This document shows, piece after piece, positions 7,426-10,422 of a stretch of DNA of 10,422 bases (position 1 is the stretch's first letter; each line of letters starts with the position of its first letter). Origin of the DNA: Thermodesulfobacteriota bacterium (GTDB lineage: Bacteria > Desulfobacterota_D > UBA1144); contig JAQWMJ010000012.1 of the NCBI GenBank assembly GCA_029246845.1, positions 1 through 10,422 on the forward strand, given 5' to 3'. A program made the translations under genes and the position numbers. The notes beneath the pieces were generated by a model that saw only the letters and a program-made list of their open reading frames with translations, was not told the DNA's origin and ran no database searches.

Positions 7426-8745
7426 GTGAACTTTCTACAAACATTTAATCATTTTTATGATTCTGCAGTTAAGCACTTGCAGGTTCCAAAGGGACTTTCA
7501 GACCAAATTAAATCATGTGACTCTGTTTATCACCTAAGGTTTCCCATAACACTAGATAACGGAGAAATCAGAGTAATCGATGCTTGGCATGGTGAACATA
7601 GTCATCACATGAGCCCTTTAAAGGGTGGTATAAGATTTAGCAGTGTTGTTAATGAAGATGAAGTTAGAGCTCTTGCTTCACTTATGACATTTAAGTGCGC
7701 CCTTGTTAACGTTCCATTTGGTGGCGGAAAGGGTGGAATTAAAATAGATGCAAAAGAATTTTCAGTGAGTGAATTAGAAAGAATTACAAGAAGATATACA
7801 TTTGAACTACATTCAAGAAACTCCTTAGGACCAAATACTTATGTTCCTGCAACTGATTATGGTACAACTTCCAGGGAAATGAGTTGGATATATAGCACTT
7901 TTAAAACTTTATCAAATTCAAATATTGATTCAGCTGCATCTGTTACTTCAAAGAATATTGCGCAAGGTGGAGTAAAAGGAAGAAAGGAGGCTACAGGGAG
8001 GGGAGTTTTTATAGGATTACGAGAGTTATTAGATGATAAAGATGAAATGGCCAAAATAGGCCTAAAAAAGAGTTTAAAAGGAAAAAGTGTGATAATACAG
8101 GGCTTTGGTAATGTTGGATACCATGCCGCCTTATTCTTACATAAGGCAGGAGCCAAGATAATAGGTATTTGCGAATATAATGGATCAATATTGAACCCTA
8201 AAGGGCTAGAACCGGAACTTGTGAAAGAACACTTAAGCAATGGTTTAAATTTAACTGACTATGCATCATGTACCGCATTTGATGACCCCTACTCAGTTTT
8301 TTATGAAGAATGTGACATTTTAGTTCCCGCAGCTTTAGAAGAAGTAATAAATGAAGCAAATATGTATAAAATAAAAGCAAAAATTATTGCGGAAGGTGCC
8401 AACGGGCCTATTACATATGAAGCAGATAAATATTTATCCAAGAATGGAATAATAATTCTCCCTGATTTATATTTAAATTCTGGTGGTGTCATTGTCTCAT
8501 ATTTTGAATGGCTTAAAAATCTTAACCATGTTAGGTGGGGAAGAGTTGACAATCAAGGTGAGAATAGTATTAAAGAGATTGATCTAATCAATAATGCCTT
8601 AAATGAGACTATGTGTCAGGCATTTGATGAAATAAAAACCAAAAGAGTTAAACACAAAGGGGCTTTAACCTATAGAGATGCCGCATATAAAATTGGGATA
8701 GAAAAGATAGCTAATACTTATATTGAAATGGGAATTTTTCCTTAA
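7426..8745 (+). CDS. gdhA: Glutamate dehydrogenase (Glu/Leu/Phe/Val dehydrogenase family), animal GLUD-like subtype
   Basis: PLKGGIRF, LMTFKCA, PFGGGKGG (catalytic Lys), ELERITRR, GRKEATGRG, IQGFGNVG, CDILVPAA, AEGANGP, PDLYLNSGGVIVSYFEWLKNLNHV. Confidence 0.93.
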   Translation: MNFLQTFNHFYDSAVKHLQVPKGLSDQIKSCDSVYHLRFPITLDNGEIRVIDAWHGEHSHHMSPLKGGIRFSSVVNEDEVRALASLMTFKCALVNVPFGGGKGGIKIDAKEFSVSELERITRRYTFELHSRNSLGPNTYVPATDYGTTSREMSWIYSTFKTLSNSNIDSAASVTSKNIAQGGVKGRKEATGRGVFIGLRELLDDKDEMAKIGLKKSLKGKSVIIQGFGNVGYHAALFLHKAGAKIIGICEYNGSILNPKGLEPELVKEHLSNGLNLTDYASCTAFDDPYSVFYEECDILVPAALEEVINEANMYKIKAKIIAEGANGPITYEADKYLSKNGIIILPDLYLNSGGVIVSYFEWLKNLNHVRWGRVDNQGENSIKEIDLINNALNETMCQAFDEIKTKRVKHKGALTYRDAAYKIGIEKIANTYIEMGIFP

Positions 8746-8752
8746 ATTCTTC

Positions 8753-9163
8753 TTATTTTACTTCGAAATTTCTCAGCCTTAAATAATAACCTTCCTTTAA
8801 AAGAGGCTTTTTTGACTTTTCATGAAAAATAAAATCAATAAGAGATTTTTCACCTGGTTCAAGAATTGAGATTGTATGACTGTCAGACATTAAAGGGGCA
8901 AGGTCGTCGTCATGAAGTACCCAGCGTAAATAGACATATCGTTCTTCGTTAGTATTGTTCCGAATATAACCTGTAACTCTATTCGATTTGTGCAATTGAT
9001 ATTCATGAACTACACCTTTTCTATTAATTTTTGCAACTTCATCCCAAAATTCTGAAGAACAAAAAAGAGAGTTATTTTCGTACAATTTTATGCACTCATC
9101 TTTTGTCACTGAATAAGAATTAAATGAGAGCAATAAAAATAATAAAAGGGACACGAACTTCAT
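8753..9163 (-). CDS. Small exported protein with an FxLYD-like Ig-fold domain
   Basis: Signal peptide MKFVSLLLFLLLSFNSYS and two Cys. The pattern VTGYIRNNT...VYLRWVLHD...ISILEPGEKSLIDF resembles the FxLYD domain layout (GxVxN...FxLYD...LxPGE...F). Confidence 0.6.
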   Translation of the reverse strand: MKFVSLLLFLLLSFNSYSVTKDECIKLYENNSLFCSSEFWDEVAKINRKGVVHEYQLHKSNRVTGYIRNNTNEERYVYLRWVLHDDDLAPLMSDSHTISILEPGEKSLIDFIFHEKSKKPLLKEGYYLRLRNFEVK

Positions 9164-9207
9164 GCAATAAATATAATGAAAGAAATAATAATTACATAGT
9201 AAAATTT

Positions 9208-10011
9208 TTAATATTCCAACTCCGCTCTAGCTTTAGAGCAAGCACAGTTCTGACAAAAGGTGTTAAAAGATGGTAACTCTTCAGAATTCAGCACATTTAG
9301 CATCTCTTCAATCTTAGAATCAATCCAGTGTGTTCTAAGCTTGTAAGGAACAATCGTTTCATCAAAAAGCAGTTTAGAATTAAATCCATTCATATCTTTT
9401 CTACAATTAGCAACATAAAAATAACTAACTTCAGAAACATTAAAACCATTTTTTTCGAACAAGTAAGCATAAATATCCATTTGAACTTTATAAGATTCGT
9501 GGAATACATTTGAAAGGTAATCTTCAGTGTTCACTTTATAAAAGCTAGCTTGAGACTTGTAATCAACTATTATTATTTCTTCTGTAAATTGATTAAACCA
9601 TACATCGTCAACACCACCCTTGATAATCAAATTTGTATCTTTGTACCTATGTTTAATTCCTCCTCTTAAAGCATCTCTCCATCTATCAATATCAGGATGA
9701 TCAAAAGGGACGATACCCTCCATGTTGCACTTAATCATTAGTCTATGTTGTTTTTGGGTTTTTCTGCATAAATCAAACTCTTTCTTTAAAAGTTCATCAA
9801 CTGTACTATTTAAAGTCCATCCAGGCATATCAGGCACTTTGATACCAAGAACTCTATCTAAGTAAAAACATCTCTTACAAAGCAAAAAATCATTAAATTT
9901 GCTTCTACTTAACTCAAAATCAAGATTTTTGGAGTACAAAGATGACTTTTTAACCCTTTTACCTCTAGCTTCAGTCAATTCACCCTTATTATTTTTATTG
10001 ATAGAAATCAT
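9208..10011 (-). CDS. PD-(D/E)xK nuclease family protein (Cas4/RecB-like, solo)
   Basis: LSRSKF..F..CKRCFYL, GGVDDVW (motif II), IIIVDYKS (motif III), YKVQMDIY (QxxxY, RecB-family motif IV) and C-terminal CQNCAC. An SD-like GAAGG lies just upstream of the ATG. Confidence 0.85.
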   Translation of the reverse strand: MISINKNNKGELTEARGKRVKKSSLYSKNLDFELSRSKFNDFLLCKRCFYLDRVLGIKVPDMPGWTLNSTVDELLKKEFDLCRKTQKQHRLMIKCNMEGIVPFDHPDIDRWRDALRGGIKHRYKDTNLIIKGGVDDVWFNQFTEEIIIVDYKSQASFYKVNTEDYLSNVFHESYKVQMDIYAYLFEKNGFNVSEVSYFYVANCRKDMNGFNSKLLFDETIVPYKLRTHWIDSKIEEMLNVLNSEELPSFNTFCQNCACSKARAELEY

Positions 10012-10043
10012 AAAACCTTCTTATTTATATTTGAACTTTTTTG

Positions 10044-10072
10044 ATTATAAAAATCAAGTATTTTAGTGTAAA
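10044..10072 (-). promoter_or_regulatory. Near-consensus sigma70 promoter for the nuclease gene
   Basis: On the minus strand: TTTACA (10072-10067), 17-nt spacer, TATAAT (10049-10044), 11/12 matches to consensus. Confidence 0.65.
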
Positions 10073-10080
10073 ATTTATCT

Positions 10081-10398
10081 ATGGAAGAAGTTAAAACTAA
10101 GTTTAAAATTGGTCAAATTGTTAGACACAAATTGTTTGATTATACAGGCGTCATATTTGATATTGATCCATCTTTCGAAGGAACAGATGAATGGTATGAC
10201 AAAGTAGCAGAAACAAAACCACCTAGAGATAAACCTTGGTGCCATGTCTTAGTAAGCGATGATGAGAAAACAACTTATGTTGCCGAGAAGAACATAGAAG
10301 AGGTTTTGAATCCAAAACCCATAAACCATTCTATGGTTCAATATATATTTGAGAAGTTTAATGGAAAAGATTATCAATTAAAGTTTAAAGCAAACTAA
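10081..10398 (+). CDS. hspQ: Heat shock protein HspQ (YccV-like domain)
   Basis: 105 aa with KFKIGQIVRHKLFDYTGVIFDIDP, EWY, PPRDKPWCHVL, TYVAEKNI and INHSMV..IF, the typical HspQ/YccV motif order and size. Confidence 0.92.
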   Translation: MEEVKTKFKIGQIVRHKLFDYTGVIFDIDPSFEGTDEWYDKVAETKPPRDKPWCHVLVSDDEKTTYVAEKNIEEVLNPKPINHSMVQYIFEKFNGKDYQLKFKAN

Positions 10399-10422
10399 AC
10401 ATGTATCCCCTTACTTTAGAGT

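Noticed and set aside
7857..9513. Short ORFs 7857-8240, 8198-8380, 8301-8552 (minus) and 9328-9513 (plus)
   Set aside because: They are shadow ORFs overlapping gdh or the nuclease, with no independent evidence.
36..10011. Two PD-(D/E)xK-fold proteins plus a helicase as a defence system
   Set aside because: The genes are dispersed, on different strands and have separate promoters. The helicase is an ordinary RNA helicase and RmuC is widespread.
10012..10080. Sigma32 promoter or CIRCE element upstream of hspQ
   Set aside because: TTGAA is present at 10031, but there is no properly spaced CCCCAT/CCTAT -10 and no CIRCE repeat.
10234..10245. HspQ motif reads PWCH instead of the usual PWYH/PFYH
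   Set aside because: It is a single-base difference (TAC to TGC) that cannot be told from polymorphism or sequencing error.
9208..10422. Possible CRISPR-Cas locus suggested by the Cas4-like gene
   Set aside because: No repeat-spacer array, cas1 or cas2 is visible, and the flanking genes are housekeeping.

Overview
A gene-dense, very AT-rich bacterial chromosomal window with tiny intergenic spacers. It looks like a streamlined, possibly marine alphaproteobacterial genome, but taxonomy is inference only. Ten credible CDSs, in order: an RmuC-family protein; an inverse-autotransporter (intimin/invasin-type) beta-barrel with no passenger domain; a translationally coupled secreted Cys/Ser/Thr-rich protein; a DEAD-box RNA helicase with a DETD motif; a GT-C-like polytopic membrane protein on the minus strand; a divergent NAD-dependent epimerase/SDR; an animal-type glutamate dehydrogenase with a much shortened antenna; a small exported FxLYD-like protein; a solo Cas4/RecB-like PD-(D/E)xK nuclease; and HspQ. 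I see no RNA genes, IS elements or CRISPR array. The main candidate for a novel system is the two-gene 'split' inverse autotransporter at 1309-3122. Also notable: -10 boxes recur 6-9 nt upstream of start codons, suggesting widespread leaderless mRNAs, and overlapping divergent promoters with a palindrome lie between the nuclease and hspQ.
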